The notes: a model not told the origin generated them from the sequence alone. DNA of 64,000 nucleotides from Bacteroidia bacterium (GCA_965279035.1 OZ257142.1:3840001-3904000), one strand, 5' to 3'; positions 20,735 to 32,091 are shown, counted from the stretch's first letter. Translations and numbers: made by a program.

Positions 20735-22090
20735 ATGAATAAACGATTAGCAACGATTCTATTACTCATTTCTGGATTGCTGGCATTGAGTTTAACACTC
20801 TTCAACAAAGCCGGAATTCTTTCTTTACCGCAGGAAATAGTCCTAGGAAGTCGATGGCTAGCTATTGGATTTTTGATGCTGTATAGCTATTTCAGAAAAT
20901 CACTTACTGTTTGGATTTTAGCCAGTATGGTTTTAGGAGTTGAATTGGGCTATGATTTTCCGCAAATAGCAAAGCCATTAAAAGTATTGAGCGATATTTT
21001 CTTGCGTCTAATCAAAACTATCATCGCTCCATTACTCTTTTCTACTTTAGTTGTTGGTATTGCAGGCCATTCCAGCTTAAAACAAGTTGGGCGCATGGGC
21101 TTGAAAGCAATCTTGTACTTTGAAGTGGTAACCACTTTTGCTTTATTTATTGGTTTAGCAGCGATTAATTTTACTGGTGCTGGGAAAGGTGCTGTATTTC
21201 AAGCACAAGAAGCTCAAGTCGAAAAAGCCAATACACTCCTAAGTCAGAAACAAAGTCACGATGTAATTCTGGATATTTTTCCTGAGAACATTGCGAAGTC
21301 AATTTTCGATAATCAGATTTTGCAAATTGTAGTTTTCAGCATTTTGTTTGGAATTGGCTTAGCCATGGTGAAAAATGAGGAGAAAAAACGTCCCATGTTG
21401 GCCTTTGCAGAAAGCTTATCGGAAGTAATGTTTAAGTTCACCCATTTGGTGATGTACCTAGCACCACTTGCTGTTGGTGGAGCTGTTGCATATTCAGTTG
21501 CTACCATGGGTTTGGCTGTTTTGCAAAATCTCATCATGCTCGTTGCTACTTTATACGGAGCATTAATCGCTTTTGTGCTGCTTGTTCTAGTTCCAATCGG
21601 CTTGATTGTTCGATTGCCTTTTAAACGGTTCTTGGAAGCCATTTCAGAACCTGTCTCCATTGCCTTTGCTACTGCTAGCTCCGAAGCTGCCCTGCCCAAA
21701 GCCATGGAAAACCTCGAAAAGATGGGCATTCCGAGAAAGGTGGTGGCATTTGTATTACCAACAGGCTATAGTTTTAACCTCGATGGGACAACTCTATACC
21801 TTTCTTTGGCATCCGTCTTTGTTGCACAAGTGTGTGGTGTTGATTTGACATTATCAGAACAAATTCAGATGTGTTTGATCTTAATGCTAACAAGTAAAGG
21901 AGTAGCTGGCGTTCGAGGAGCTTCATTTTTAATTCTTGTAAGCACCGTCGCTTCTTTAGGACTCGATCCTCAGAAAGCCTTTGCTATTCTAGCGATTGAT
22001 GCAGTAATGGATATGGGCAGAACATCTGTCAATGTGGTAGGTAATTGCTTGGCAACTTATGTGGTTGCACGGTGGGAGAAAGAAATTTGA
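20735..22090 (+). CDS. Dicarboxylate/amino acid:cation symporter (GltP-like)
   Basis: AFATASSEAALP, GYSFNLDGT, DMGRTSVNV. Confidence 0.92.
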   Translation: MNKRLATILLLISGLLALSLTLFNKAGILSLPQEIVLGSRWLAIGFLMLYSYFRKSLTVWILASMVLGVELGYDFPQIAKPLKVLSDIFLRLIKTIIAPLLFSTLVVGIAGHSSLKQVGRMGLKAILYFEVVTTFALFIGLAAINFTGAGKGAVFQAQEAQVEKANTLLSQKQSHDVILDIFPENIAKSIFDNQILQIVVFSILFGIGLAMVKNEEKKRPMLAFAESLSEVMFKFTHLVMYLAPLAVGGAVAYSVATMGLAVLQNLIMLVATLYGALIAFVLLVLVPIGLIVRLPFKRFLEAISEPVSIAFATASSEAALPKAMENLEKMGIPRKVVAFVLPTGYSFNLDGTTLYLSLASVFVAQVCGVDLTLSEQIQMCLILMLTSKGVAGVRGASFLILVSTVASLGLDPQKAFAILAIDAVMDMGRTSVNVVGNCLATYVVARWEKEI

Positions 22091-22187
22091 GGAATTTATC
22101 AACACGTTCTGTAAGAAATTCATCTTGTTTTCGCACCTGTACTGGTTGTTTATTAGTATTTTAGGCGCCGAATTTTTAATGGGGAAA

Positions 22188-24476
22188 ATGAAAAATATCA
22201 GAACACTTTTTTGTGGAATGTTGATCATCACATCAGCATATGCTCAACAACCAATCAGACGATGTGCAACTATGGATGTGGATGCTCGCTTGCGATTAAC
22301 CAATCCTGAATACGCTGCTCGTCGTTCACAAATCGATGAACACGTTCATGCCTTTGCTGTTAGTCCTGAAGCATCCGGACAAAGACAAATAGTTACCATT
22401 CCAGTAGTTTTTCATGTGGTATACAGAAATGCTACTCAAAATATCTCTGATGCTTCATTACAGTCGCAAATCGATATTCTAAATGAAGATTATCGAAAAT
22501 TGAATACCGATTTTAGTCAAACACCTTCGGTTTTTCAATCGGTAGGTGCCGATTTTGAAATTCAGTTTTGCCTTGCATCTACCGACCCAAGTGGAAATCC
22601 CACTACCGGAATAACACGTACTCAAACTAGCGTTAATGGTTTTGATGATACCGATGTTGTTAAACATACTTCACAAGGTGGACACGATGCTTGGAATACT
22701 ACAAAATATCTGAATCTCTGGGTTTGCGATATGAGCGCCGCAGGATTATTGGGTTATGCTCAGTTTCCTGGTGGTCCTTCAGCAACCGACGGTGTTGTCC
22801 TAACGTATGATTGTGTTGGTCGTCCACCCTATAATACGTTTGGAGGTGCTTACAATTTAGGTCGTACTGCTACTCATGAAATTGGTCACTGGCTTAATCT
22901 TTACCACGTATGGGGAGATTCCAATTGTGGAAATGATCAGGTTTCTGATACTCCAACACAACAAACAGCTAATTACCAATGTAAAACCTTTCCACATGTT
23001 ACTTGCAGTAATGGCCCGAATGGAGATATGTTCATGAATTACATGGATTATGGTGATGATAATTGTTTGCATTTATTCACCAATGGCCAAAAGGTGAGAG
23101 CACAATCATTATTTGCTTCGGGTGGAAATCGTGTAGGTTTACTAACATCTAATGCATGTACTATTACACCTCCTCCAGTTGTTTCTTGCACCGACACTCT
23201 CAATTTCCCCCTTAGTGGAACTGTAGGAGTTTTAGCTGCCGGTACAACTGCTGCTGATGGATATGTTTCTGGAACAAATTCCTATTTAGATGTTGCTAAA
23301 GTGGACAAATTCACCGCAACAGCTCCTTTAACTTCCTTAACTGGCGCCTTGTTTACATTTGGTGTTGCTACACAAGGTACTGCTCCCGCTGGAACTACAA
23401 TCAATGTTAAAGCATACAGCTATTCTGCTGCTGGTCCTGCAACTGTTTTAGGAACTGCAACAATTCCTTTATCAACCATTATTTCCAACGTAAATGCTGG
23501 TCAAAATACCTACGTTGCATTTCCAACGCCGATCACGGTTACTGGAAACTTCTTTTTAGGTATCGAATTCAACCCAAATACTGGATATACACTTGCTTTA
23601 GAAAGTAATTCAGATGGTGATGCAGCTGTGAATGCATCCTGGGAACAATTCCCTGATTTAGTTTGGCATGAAATGACTGAATCGCCTGCTAGTTGGGGTA
23701 TTTCAATCAACCAAGCAATCTTCCCAATTCTCACTTCAGTTAGCCCAATCGCTTCATTTTCACCTAGTACAACAAGCATTTGCGCGGGACAAACAGTAAC
23801 CTATACAGCTCAATCGGGCGGATCGGCTTATGCTTGGACATTTACCGGTGGAACACCTTCTTCTTCAACTTCACAAACTCCAACAATTACTTATAATGCA
23901 TCAGGTTCATATGGTGCTTCACTTGTCGTTACGGGAGCTTGTTCTGGTCAAAATGCTACTCAAACTCAAAACAGTTTAATTACTGTTACTCAATCACCAG
24001 TTCAACCTGTTATTAATATTTCTGGAAGTCAGCTTACATCTGGAGTTTCAACTGGTAATTTTCAATGGTATTTGAATGGTGTTGCTATAAGTGGTGCAAA
24101 TTCCTCCACCTATACTCCAAGTCAAGCTGGTGTTTATACGGTCACTGTAAATATTGGAAACTGTTCAAAAACTTCTGCTGGACTATCATTTAATCCTACA
24201 GGTATCCAATCGGTTGGAGAAGTTGTGATGAATGTATTTCCTAATCCAGCTCGCGATTTAATCAGTATTCAAGCAAATTTCAGTACTCAACAAGAACGTG
24301 TTAATTGCAGCTTGTTCGATAATAGCGGGAAATTGGTTTTCACACGTACATTTGAAAACGTTCAACCCGATGCGTTATTACAGATCGGACTTTCGGATAT
24401 CAGTAATGGAATGTACCAATTGGTACTAAGCACTGATTTTGGTCGTTCTGTATCGCGCGTTGCTATAGCCCGATAA
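22188..24476 (+). CDS. M43 (ulilysin/pappalysin-like) zinc metalloprotease with PKD domain and T9SS CTD
   Basis: Cys-switch RRCAT, HEIGHWLNLYH, Met-turn MNYMDY, FPNPA CTD; ATG at 22179 or 22188. Confidence 0.9.
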   Translation: MKNIRTLFCGMLIITSAYAQQPIRRCATMDVDARLRLTNPEYAARRSQIDEHVHAFAVSPEASGQRQIVTIPVVFHVVYRNATQNISDASLQSQIDILNEDYRKLNTDFSQTPSVFQSVGADFEIQFCLASTDPSGNPTTGITRTQTSVNGFDDTDVVKHTSQGGHDAWNTTKYLNLWVCDMSAAGLLGYAQFPGGPSATDGVVLTYDCVGRPPYNTFGGAYNLGRTATHEIGHWLNLYHVWGDSNCGNDQVSDTPTQQTANYQCKTFPHVTCSNGPNGDMFMNYMDYGDDNCLHLFTNGQKVRAQSLFASGGNRVGLLTSNACTITPPPVVSCTDTLNFPLSGTVGVLAAGTTAADGYVSGTNSYLDVAKVDKFTATAPLTSLTGALFTFGVATQGTAPAGTTINVKAYSYSAAGPATVLGTATIPLSTIISNVNAGQNTYVAFPTPITVTGNFFLGIEFNPNTGYTLALESNSDGDAAVNASWEQFPDLVWHEMTESPASWGISINQAIFPILTSVSPIASFSPSTTSICAGQTVTYTAQSGGSAYAWTFTGGTPSSSTSQTPTITYNASGSYGASLVVTGACSGQNATQTQNSLITVTQSPVQPVINISGSQLTSGVSTGNFQWYLNGVAISGANSSTYTPSQAGVYTVTVNIGNCSKTSAGLSFNPTGIQSVGEVVMNVFPNPARDLISIQANFSTQQERVNCSLFDNSGKLVFTRTFENVQPDALLQIGLSDISNGMYQLVLSTDFGRSVSRVAIAR

Positions 24477-24482
24477 AAAAAC

Positions 24483-25583
24483 ATGAATCAATTCCCCTTC
24501 TCGCTTCCGGTAAAGCTCCGCAGCGTGAAGGGGATTTTTATTTCATGCTGCTTCGTACTTTTCACTTCATTGCAAAGTCAGTCACAGGACGATTCAATCC
24601 AATGGCATCGAGATCCTAAATACGTGAGTAATCTCACCGATCAACCACATCTCACATTCGAATTTGCTAAACGAACACAACGTATCGATATTCGTAATCC
24701 GGCCCTCGATACGTTCCTCCTTCGATACGAGCCCAACTCCAAAACCAATTTCATCGCCTCTTTCGACTATCGTTGGTTGAGTTTATCCATTGGTTTGCTT
24801 TCATTTCAAAGTGGTGATAGTTACCGAAAAGGCAATTCAAATCAATTCTCCTTTCGAGCATCTTTCAACGGAAGACGTGTTTGGAACTCCAACTTCATTC
24901 AAGTTATTAGCGGATATTATCTCAGCAATCCGCAAACAATTGATCCGAAATGGAATGCTATTACAGACCAATATCCCCAACGTCCCGATATTAAAACAAC
25001 ATCCGTTTTCTCGAATGTGTATTACTGTTTTAATCCCGATAAATTTTCCTACCGAGCAGCACTTTGGCAACTCGATCGACAGGAGAAAAGTGCAGGCAGT
25101 TTATTAGCTGGTGTTTCCTTACGAATTCACCGAATGGAAAGCGATACAGGTCAATCGCTTATTCCTCCAGTAGTAAAAAATCTCTTCAAACCTGAAGATC
25201 GAATTATAGCCCAAAACGCTACGAACTTCAGCATCAATGCGGGTTATGTGCATACGTTTGTTGTGCGCCATTCCTGGTTTCTCACCTTGTATTTCGTACC
25301 GGGAATTTCCATTCAAAATAGCTATTACTTATCCGAAGACAAACAGATTCGCGCCCTGCAAAACAAAGCTACAGGCTCCTCCGAATTCCGATTTATCTTA
25401 GGTTACAATGGCTTTCGCTGGTATAGTGGAATTTCGAGTTACAGTATTTCCTTTTCAGGAAACCGTCAGTTAGGCGTTTGGGTGGACGATAATTACAACT
25501 GGTTTCGCTTCTTTGTAGGATACCGTTTTAAGGCAGTTGATCGAACTCACATTCCCGAATGGAGAAGAAAAATCGGACTTTAA
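24483..25583 (+). CDS. DUF4421-like outer-membrane protein
   Basis: YCFNPDKFSYRAA...QEKSAGS motif, C-terminal GYRF; start uncertain. Confidence 0.7.
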   Translation: MNQFPFSLPVKLRSVKGIFISCCFVLFTSLQSQSQDDSIQWHRDPKYVSNLTDQPHLTFEFAKRTQRIDIRNPALDTFLLRYEPNSKTNFIASFDYRWLSLSIGLLSFQSGDSYRKGNSNQFSFRASFNGRRVWNSNFIQVISGYYLSNPQTIDPKWNAITDQYPQRPDIKTTSVFSNVYYCFNPDKFSYRAALWQLDRQEKSAGSLLAGVSLRIHRMESDTGQSLIPPVVKNLFKPEDRIIAQNATNFSINAGYVHTFVVRHSWFLTLYFVPGISIQNSYYLSEDKQIRALQNKATGSSEFRFILGYNGFRWYSGISSYSISFSGNRQLGVWVDDNYNWFRFFVGYRFKAVDRTHIPEWRRKIGL

Positions 25584-25586
25584 ATT

Positions 25587-27488
25587 TCAATACGCCCGTT
25601 CGTTTACCTTGTTAAAGAAGTTGATAAATGCCCGATTCACCACTTTGTTTCCGCCAGGTGTGGGGTAATTTCCACTAAAATACCAATCGCCGGAATGACC
25701 GGGACAGGCTTTATGTAAATCATCAAGGTTTTGATAAATCACCTCCACTTCTGCATGCATATCCGATGGTGTAACTAACTCAGCAATTTTATCGGAAATT
25801 TCTTGCTCCGAAAAAGGGTCGTAAATACGTTTCACCACATTTTTCATTTCCTCTTTCGCAAAAGCATCTTGAGCAACACATTGCTCGTACACTTCTTCGA
25901 CAATGTATTCGCTTCCTCGTTCTTTATGCAAGGCAATAGCTGCCTGAAACGCAATAAAATCGCCTAGTTTGGCCATGTCAATGCCGTAACAATCGGGAAA
26001 ACGAATTTGCGGAGCCGAAGAAACGATAATCACCTTTTTGGGTTTCAGTCGATCCATGATGCGTAAAATACTCTGCTTAAGTGTCGTTCCACGAACAATC
26101 GAATCGTCCATGATGACTAAGGTATCTTTCCCTTCACGCACAACACCATACGTAACATCGTAAACGTGAGCAACCATTTCGTCGCGGTGCAAATCGTCGG
26201 CAATAAACGTACGTAGCTTGGCATCTTTTACAGCCAGTTTTTCGGTGCGAATTTTCATTGCTAAAATCTCACGCAAGCGCTCATCCGAAAGCTCTCCATT
26301 CAATGCCAAAATGCGTTTCCGTTTCTCGGCATTTAACCATTCGTTCGCTCCTTCCACCATACCAAAAAAGGCGGTTTCAGCAGTATTGGGAATGAATGAG
26401 AAAACGGTATTGTTGATATCATACTGCAACGATTCCAACACCTTTTTACTGATGTTATGACCTAAAGCTTTGCGTTCTTGATAAATATCGGCATCGCTCC
26501 CGCGTGAAAAATAAATACGCTCAAACGAACAGGAAGTACGTGGCTTTGGACTCCGAATTTCGGGCATGCTCACTTCACCGTTTCGCTTGATGATTAAGGC
26601 ATGTCCAGGAGTTAATTCCTGCACTTCTTCCATGGGAATATTAAAGGCAGTTTGCAAAACAGGACGTTCCGAAGTAACAACCACAATCTCCTCGTTTTGA
26701 ATATAAAAACACGGACGAATTCCGTTCGGATCGCGCAAAACAAAGGCATCACCATGTCCCATCATTCCGGCAATCACATAGCCTCCATCAAATCGTTTCG
26801 AAGCCTGACGTAATATTTCTGCAACATCTAAATCGCGTGCTATGAGATGAGAAATCTCCTGATTGCTATGTCCCTGACGCTTAAACTCACGAAACAATCG
26901 CTCATTTTCCATATCGGTAAAATGACCAATCTTCTCCAACACGGTCACCGTATCGGCCATCTCTTTCGGGTGTTGTCCCAAATCGAGCAATTGCTGAAAC
27001 TGCTCGTCCACATTGGTCAAATTGAAATTCCCAGCTACCACCAAATTGCGGCTTTTCCAATTATTCTGACGTAAAAACGGGTGACAACTTTCAATGCTAT
27101 TTTTCCCAAACGTTCCATAGCGTAAATGTCCCATCAAGAGTTCGCCAATAAAAGGAACTTGCTCTTTGAGGTAATCGGTATCATTGAGTTTGCTAGGTTC
27201 GTTCAAGCGAATCTCTTCAAAATAGGAATTCACCTTTTCTACAATCTCTCGCAAAGCTTGAGGAGCATTGGAACGAAAACGACCAATATAGCGCTCACCC
27301 GGATCAACATCGAATTTGATGCAGGCAATCCCAGCACCGTCCTGACCGCGATTGTGCTGCTTTTCCATAAGCAAATGCAGCTTATTCAACGCGTATCGGG
27401 CAGAACCATATTTCTTGCGATAATAGTCAAGTGGTTTGAGCAGGCGAATGAGCACAATTCCGCACTCATGTTTGATCATATCGCTCAT
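25587..27488 (-). CDS. purF: Amidophosphoribosyltransferase (Bacteroidota type)
   Basis: KHECG N-terminus, QHNRGQDGAG, GHLRYGT, DDSIVRGTT PRPP motif. Confidence 0.85.
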   Translation of the reverse strand: MSDMIKHECGIVLIRLLKPLDYYRKKYGSARYALNKLHLLMEKQHNRGQDGAGIACIKFDVDPGERYIGRFRSNAPQALREIVEKVNSYFEEIRLNEPSKLNDTDYLKEQVPFIGELLMGHLRYGTFGKNSIESCHPFLRQNNWKSRNLVVAGNFNLTNVDEQFQQLLDLGQHPKEMADTVTVLEKIGHFTDMENERLFREFKRQGHSNQEISHLIARDLDVAEILRQASKRFDGGYVIAGMMGHGDAFVLRDPNGIRPCFYIQNEEIVVVTSERPVLQTAFNIPMEEVQELTPGHALIIKRNGEVSMPEIRSPKPRTSCSFERIYFSRGSDADIYQERKALGHNISKKVLESLQYDINNTVFSFIPNTAETAFFGMVEGANEWLNAEKRKRILALNGELSDERLREILAMKIRTEKLAVKDAKLRTFIADDLHRDEMVAHVYDVTYGVVREGKDTLVIMDDSIVRGTTLKQSILRIMDRLKPKKVIIVSSAPQIRFPDCYGIDMAKLGDFIAFQAAIALHKERGSEYIVEEVYEQCVAQDAFAKEEMKNVVKRIYDPFSEQEISDKIAELVTPSDMHAEVEVIYQNLDDLHKACPGHSGDWYFSGNYPTPGGNKVVNRAFINFFNKVNERAY

Positions 27489-27593
27489 AGAATTTTCCGG
27501 CAGGGATGGCTTCTTCCGGCGGCGCAAAGATAGACAGTATAACCCAAATCAGGAAAGGAAACTGCAGTCAAAATCTGAAAAATAATTGTTTCT

Positions 27594-27772
27594 GGGGCGT
27601 GTCCTTTCTCAAACTCCGCTGCGCTTCGTTTGCTCAAGGTCGCGCTTTCTGTTTCAAGTCCTCCTTCGCTTCCTTTATCATTTACAACATCTTCAAAAAA
27701 CTAAGCTCTATTTCACCTTTCCTATTTCGTTCAAAAGCTCAGTCCGGGCTTTCCACGCCAATCGCTCACGCA
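27594..27772 (-). ncRNA. Second copy of the Flavo-1-like structured repeat, with long loop inserts
   Basis: Minus strand GAGCGATTGGCGTGGAAAGCCC...GAGGACTTGAAACAGAAAGCGCG...GGACACGCCC matches the ends of 213-306. Confidence 0.4.
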
Positions 27773-27971
27773 TGTTCTATCAAGCATACTCTTCAATAAA
27801 TCTTTACAATTACCCTTTTAACATTTCTACTTCAAAAAAACTTGATAGCATTCACATTCCCAAAACTCAATCACCCAAACGTTTCAATTATTCTGTAAAA
27901 TAGTTTCATACATTCTCTAAATATTTTCTATTTTTAAAAATCATTCCTTCTCACAATTTGTCAAGCCCTCT

Positions 27972-30215
27972 ATGGGAAAAGGCTACAATTCTGCATCTGC
28001 AAAATCACTATTTCTGCTGTTTTGGGCATGTTTTCTCTTGCTCAGTAAAACCAGTGTAGCCCAAAATGACACACCCTGTTCCGCATCACCCATCACGGTG
28101 AGTAACGGAACCTGCAATTTCAGTCCAGCAACAACAGTAGGTGCTTCCTTCCAATCCGATGGTGCCAATGGAGGATTTCCTAGTTGCGGCTTTCCCGGTT
28201 CGCCCGATGTTTGGTTTTCGTTTGTTGTTCCTGCTTCTGGTGCTGTTGCTATCACGCTCGATCCAGGTACCATCACCGATGCCGCTTTAGCAGTTTATTC
28301 CGGTTCGTGTGCCAACCCACAACTCATTGCCTGCGACGATGATTCTGGCCTTGACTTTATGCCCGCCATCGATCGCTCCGACTTCACTCCCGGACAAACC
28401 CTGTTCATCCGCGTGTGGAATAATAATTCAAGCACCGGAACATTTGGTGTGTGCGTTACCGAATCGCATTCCGATTGCGGCACAGCCACCTTACTTTGCA
28501 ATAACCTCGTTGTTACTTCCAATGCGTATGGTGGTGGTTCCGAGCAAGATGGTGATTGGTCGGGCATCAACTGCATTCCCGATGAATATCAATCGCAGTG
28601 GTTCAAATTTCAAGTCATAAATCCCGGAACATTTAGTTTCACATTAACGCCCGATGCCATTGCTCCCGGCATGTTTCCCGATTACGATTGGACGCTTTGG
28701 CGCGTAACAACAAGTCCGTTTTGTGAGAGTTTCCTGCCATCACAACAAGCTATTGCATGTAACGCTTCTAGTTCCATGGGCCCCAATGGCGAAACGGGAA
28801 TTGGACCAACAGGCCTTAATCCCAGCGAACCAGCTGGTCCGGGAAATCCTTACAGCGCTAGTTTTGCAGTTGCGGCGGGTGATGTATTTTATCTATGGGT
28901 AAATAATTTCACCAATTCTTCTTCTGGTTTTCATTTCGAATTTGGCTCCGAAGTCGTGTTGAATTGCGATTTTGATGATGAAGATCCTACCATCGTTACC
29001 ACTAGCACTAAGACCTGTCCGGGAACATGCGCTGGTTCGGCTAGTACTGTAGCTTCGAACATGACAGCACCATTAACCTATGCGTGGAGTGCCAATGCCG
29101 GTGGACAAAATACCGCCAACATTCATAACCTCTGCGCAGGAATTTACATGGTGACAGTTACGGCATCCGATGGCGAAATTATCCACGACACCGTTGAAGT
29201 ACAAGCCTATCCTTCCATTACACTTCAAACAAGTAAAATCAACAATACCAGTTGCGAAACACCCAATGGACAAGCGGTAGTTAGTGCATCTGGAGGAGCT
29301 GGAAGTTTTAGTTATGCCTGGAATTCGAGTACTTCAACCAATGATACCTTATCTGGAATTAATGCAGGAACCTATACCGTTACGGTAAGCGATGGAAATA
29401 ATTGCTCAAACGATACAAGTATTGTGGTAAGCAATCAAATGGTTTATCCTATAATCAGCTCCATCGAACGCAGCGATTCTGTTGCGTGTTCCTCAATGTG
29501 TACTAGTTTTTCGGCTCAGGTGGTCAATGGAACTTTATATCAATGGGATTTTGGGGATGGACAAACCAGCACGGTTGGATTTCCCAATCACTGTTATACT
29601 GCTCCGGGCGATTATGCTGTTCGTTTAATTGTTAGCAATGCGGGTGGCTGTAAAGACACGATTAAGCGCGAGCATTTCATTCACATCAATCCCAAACCGA
29701 CTGCTCATTTTTACGCCAATACGAGCAATGATTTGCATGTCGTTTTTACTGATCATTCTATCGGTTCAATTCAACATTGGCTCTGGCAATTGGGCGATAG
29801 CAGCCTAAGTAGTTCGGATGAAAAAAATCCCGAATTCGATTATCCAGATTTTGGTAAATACTGCGTTCAATTGCAGGTTTGGGACGAGAACAATTGCAGC
29901 GACATAGAACTCCAATACATCGAATTTAAGCCTGAACTAACTGTGTATATTCCCAATGCATTTTCGCCCAATGACGATGGATTAAACGATGTATTTCGAA
30001 TTCAAGGAGAGCCATTTAAGGTGTTAAAATTTTGGGTGTATAATCGTTGGGGCGAAGAATTATTTTTCACGAGCGATCCTTCATCCGGCTGGGATGGCAG
30101 AAGAATGCGCGATGGAAATTGCTCACCACAAGACACCTATATTTACAAAACCGAAATCCTCGGCGAGCATGGCGAAATTCAAGAAATGACTGGGTCGTTT
30201 CTTTTAATACATTAA
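27972..30215 (+). CDS. T9SS type B (CHU_C/gliding-motility CTD) protein with SprB-like and PKD domains
   Basis: YIPNAFSPNDDGLNDVF...YNRWGEELF...WDG; WDFGDG PKD motif. Confidence 0.88.
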   Translation: MGKGYNSASAKSLFLLFWACFLLLSKTSVAQNDTPCSASPITVSNGTCNFSPATTVGASFQSDGANGGFPSCGFPGSPDVWFSFVVPASGAVAITLDPGTITDAALAVYSGSCANPQLIACDDDSGLDFMPAIDRSDFTPGQTLFIRVWNNNSSTGTFGVCVTESHSDCGTATLLCNNLVVTSNAYGGGSEQDGDWSGINCIPDEYQSQWFKFQVINPGTFSFTLTPDAIAPGMFPDYDWTLWRVTTSPFCESFLPSQQAIACNASSSMGPNGETGIGPTGLNPSEPAGPGNPYSASFAVAAGDVFYLWVNNFTNSSSGFHFEFGSEVVLNCDFDDEDPTIVTTSTKTCPGTCAGSASTVASNMTAPLTYAWSANAGGQNTANIHNLCAGIYMVTVTASDGEIIHDTVEVQAYPSITLQTSKINNTSCETPNGQAVVSASGGAGSFSYAWNSSTSTNDTLSGINAGTYTVTVSDGNNCSNDTSIVVSNQMVYPIISSIERSDSVACSSMCTSFSAQVVNGTLYQWDFGDGQTSTVGFPNHCYTAPGDYAVRLIVSNAGGCKDTIKREHFIHINPKPTAHFYANTSNDLHVVFTDHSIGSIQHWLWQLGDSSLSSSDEKNPEFDYPDFGKYCVQLQVWDENNCSDIELQYIEFKPELTVYIPNAFSPNDDGLNDVFRIQGEPFKVLKFWVYNRWGEELFFTSDPSSGWDGRRMRDGNCSPQDTYIYKTEILGEHGEIQEMTGSFLLIH

Positions 30216-30259
30216 TTCAGATTTCTATTACTATTTGTTTAGTAGAAAGGATTATTATA

Positions 30260-30730
30260 ACCTGTTGTGCGGTTAAATATTAAAAATATTCTTCAATAAT
30301 GTTTATCGCATAAGCCAATCTTCTAAACTTGAGGAAGGCTTTTAAATAAAATTATTTTTAAGTAAAATTAGGTTTAAAAACGGAGCTTGCGATGGCTATG
30401 TCTGGGCGGCGAGGGTGTGTTTCCCAGCGTTGACCTCTCCCTAAATCCCTCTCCTCGGGAGAGGGACTTTTCATTTTGCACAATCAAGCTCCCCTCTCCC
30501 CGAGGAGAGGGGTTGGGGGTGAGGTCGTTTAGTGAATACGCCTGAGCGTAAGCAGCATCGTCCAGACTTGACCTTCTTTATTCGTAAGTGTATATTTTTA
30601 AAGGTACTCATGAGGGCTTCGCCGTTGCATACTTTCTTGTGTTAAGACAAGAAAGTATGGCGTCGCAGACAAACATGAATGTTTAATTTGTAGAATACTG
30701 TTATATCCTTAATTCATTGACTAATTTGAA
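30260..30730 (+). mobile_element. IS982-ended non-coding element, copy A (single IR; nested hairpin inserts)
   Basis: Starts ACCTGTTGTGCGGTT; core homologous to 32936-33338 and 40569-40930; right boundary approximate. Confidence 0.75.
30432..30526. repeat. REP-like double hairpin (CCCCTCTCC...GGAGAGGGGTTGGGGGTGAGG type) nested in element A
   Basis: GACCTC...GAGGTC closing stem with two CCTCTCC/GGAGAGG hairpins; absent from copies B and C. Confidence 0.75.
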
Positions 30731-30850
30731 ATAGAAAAACTAATGTGTCAAAATTAAAAGGGTACCTATAATTCATTTCAAATTCGAAATGAATTGCTAG
30801 TTTTCATTGGGTAAATAAAAAATTATTTAAAAAATCATTTCGAGTGAAAA

Positions 30851-31357
30851 TCACATTCGAACAAGTTTTAACCTAATGTATCCTGCAGTTTGAGTTAGTG
30901 AAGTATCAAGTTTATTAAGAAATCCATTGGCATTCTCTAGACGTATTTCTTTATACGTTAATTTCTTAATCGTTAAATCTCCGCTTGAATATATCGTATT
31001 CGTATCTCCTTTGAATTCAAAATTAACCTGATTATTGTTATCGAGAAAATTCCAAGTACCACTCGCAATCAGATCATTGTTATCTTTCGAATACACATTT
31101 AGATAATAATCGCCTTGGTCATTTTTATTATCTAAAAACAACACATAAATACTCCCAAATTTGTTTTTGATATAGGACGTCGAATCACTTTCATTGAATG
31201 TAAATTCTGTGATTTCATGCTTGCCAGCTATTCTTTTTAAAGGCGTTCGAAAGGTCAATAAAGAATCATCCTCTTCGTATTTTTTGCAACTGGAAAAGCT
31301 CATTATTATAACCGATGTTATCAGTAAAAATCCAGCGAGTATGTTTGGGAATTTCAT
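30851..31357 (-). CDS. Lipoprotein (CKKYEED family), paralog of 34430-34954
   Basis: Lipobox FSSC followed by KKYEEDD; shares FN-x-DS and IKKLT motifs with the paralog. Confidence 0.75.
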   Translation of the reverse strand: MKFPNILAGFLLITSVIIMSFSSCKKYEEDDSLLTFRTPLKRIAGKHEITEFTFNESDSTSYIKNKFGSIYVLFLDNKNDQGDYYLNVYSKDNNDLIASGTWNFLDNNNQVNFEFKGDTNTIYSSGDLTIKKLTYKEIRLENANGFLNKLDTSLTQTAGYIRLKLVRM

Positions 31358-31455
31358 TTTGATAAGTATCTCTCTTTTTGACTAATTCTTTTTTTAGAAT
31401 TTAAAGATACACTCTTTTAGAATTTTACAAATGCGGAGAACCTAGTGCATAGTTC

Positions 31456-32016
31456 TCAAATCCGAACTTGAATTCCAAGCATTGTGTTTGGAAAAAGAGG
31501 ATTGTTTAGAATAAATCCATCCATTGAATATAGGCCCAAACCAGCAAATAGCTGTATTGGTTTCATAATAGAATATTCAATTCCAATAGAAAGAGAATTC
31601 TCGAATCTCATTTTTTTACGATCAATGAAAAAAGGTGGTCCTAATTGATATTCTCTATAGTTTAACTGATACATGGAATAGGCTAACTGGCAAAAGAATT
31701 TAGTTTTTTTATATTCATAGATTGAATAGCGATAGCCGAGTAAAGCGCCAACTGCCTGTTGATTATATACGATAGTAGAAATAGGTTTCTCTTGATGAAA
31801 TACCGAATATTCAGGACCCAAAAAAACTGAATGCCTCTTCCATTTTAATGCAATAAGCGCAGCATGATGAAGGATTTGCTTATTAAAATTCAAGGAATAA
31901 CGAATTGAAATTTCAGGATGTTTGGGAATTGAATCCTGTCCATAAGCGGATTGAAACAATGAAAATGAAAGCAAAATCGCCAGTAGTAACTGAATGGTAA
32001 AATTCATTGATTTCAT
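31456..32016 (-). CDS. Putative small outer-membrane beta-barrel protein
   Basis: Signal peptide, amphipathic strands, ends GIQVRI. Confidence 0.55.
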   Translation of the reverse strand: MKSMNFTIQLLLAILLSFSLFQSAYGQDSIPKHPEISIRYSLNFNKQILHHAALIALKWKRHSVFLGPEYSVFHQEKPISTIVYNQQAVGALLGYRYSIYEYKKTKFFCQLAYSMYQLNYREYQLGPPFFIDRKKMRFENSLSIGIEYSIMKPIQLFAGLGLYSMDGFILNNPLFPNTMLGIQVRI

Positions 32017-32091
32017 TGTTGATGGAGATTTACAATTTAGTTCCTTTCATTTCAATTGTCCGTTATCAACAAGAAAAATCCATATTTATAT

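Noticed and set aside
27506-27903. ORFs 27506-27799 and 27586-27903
   Set aside because: They overlap a structured repeat and the purF upstream region, and the translations are not protein-like
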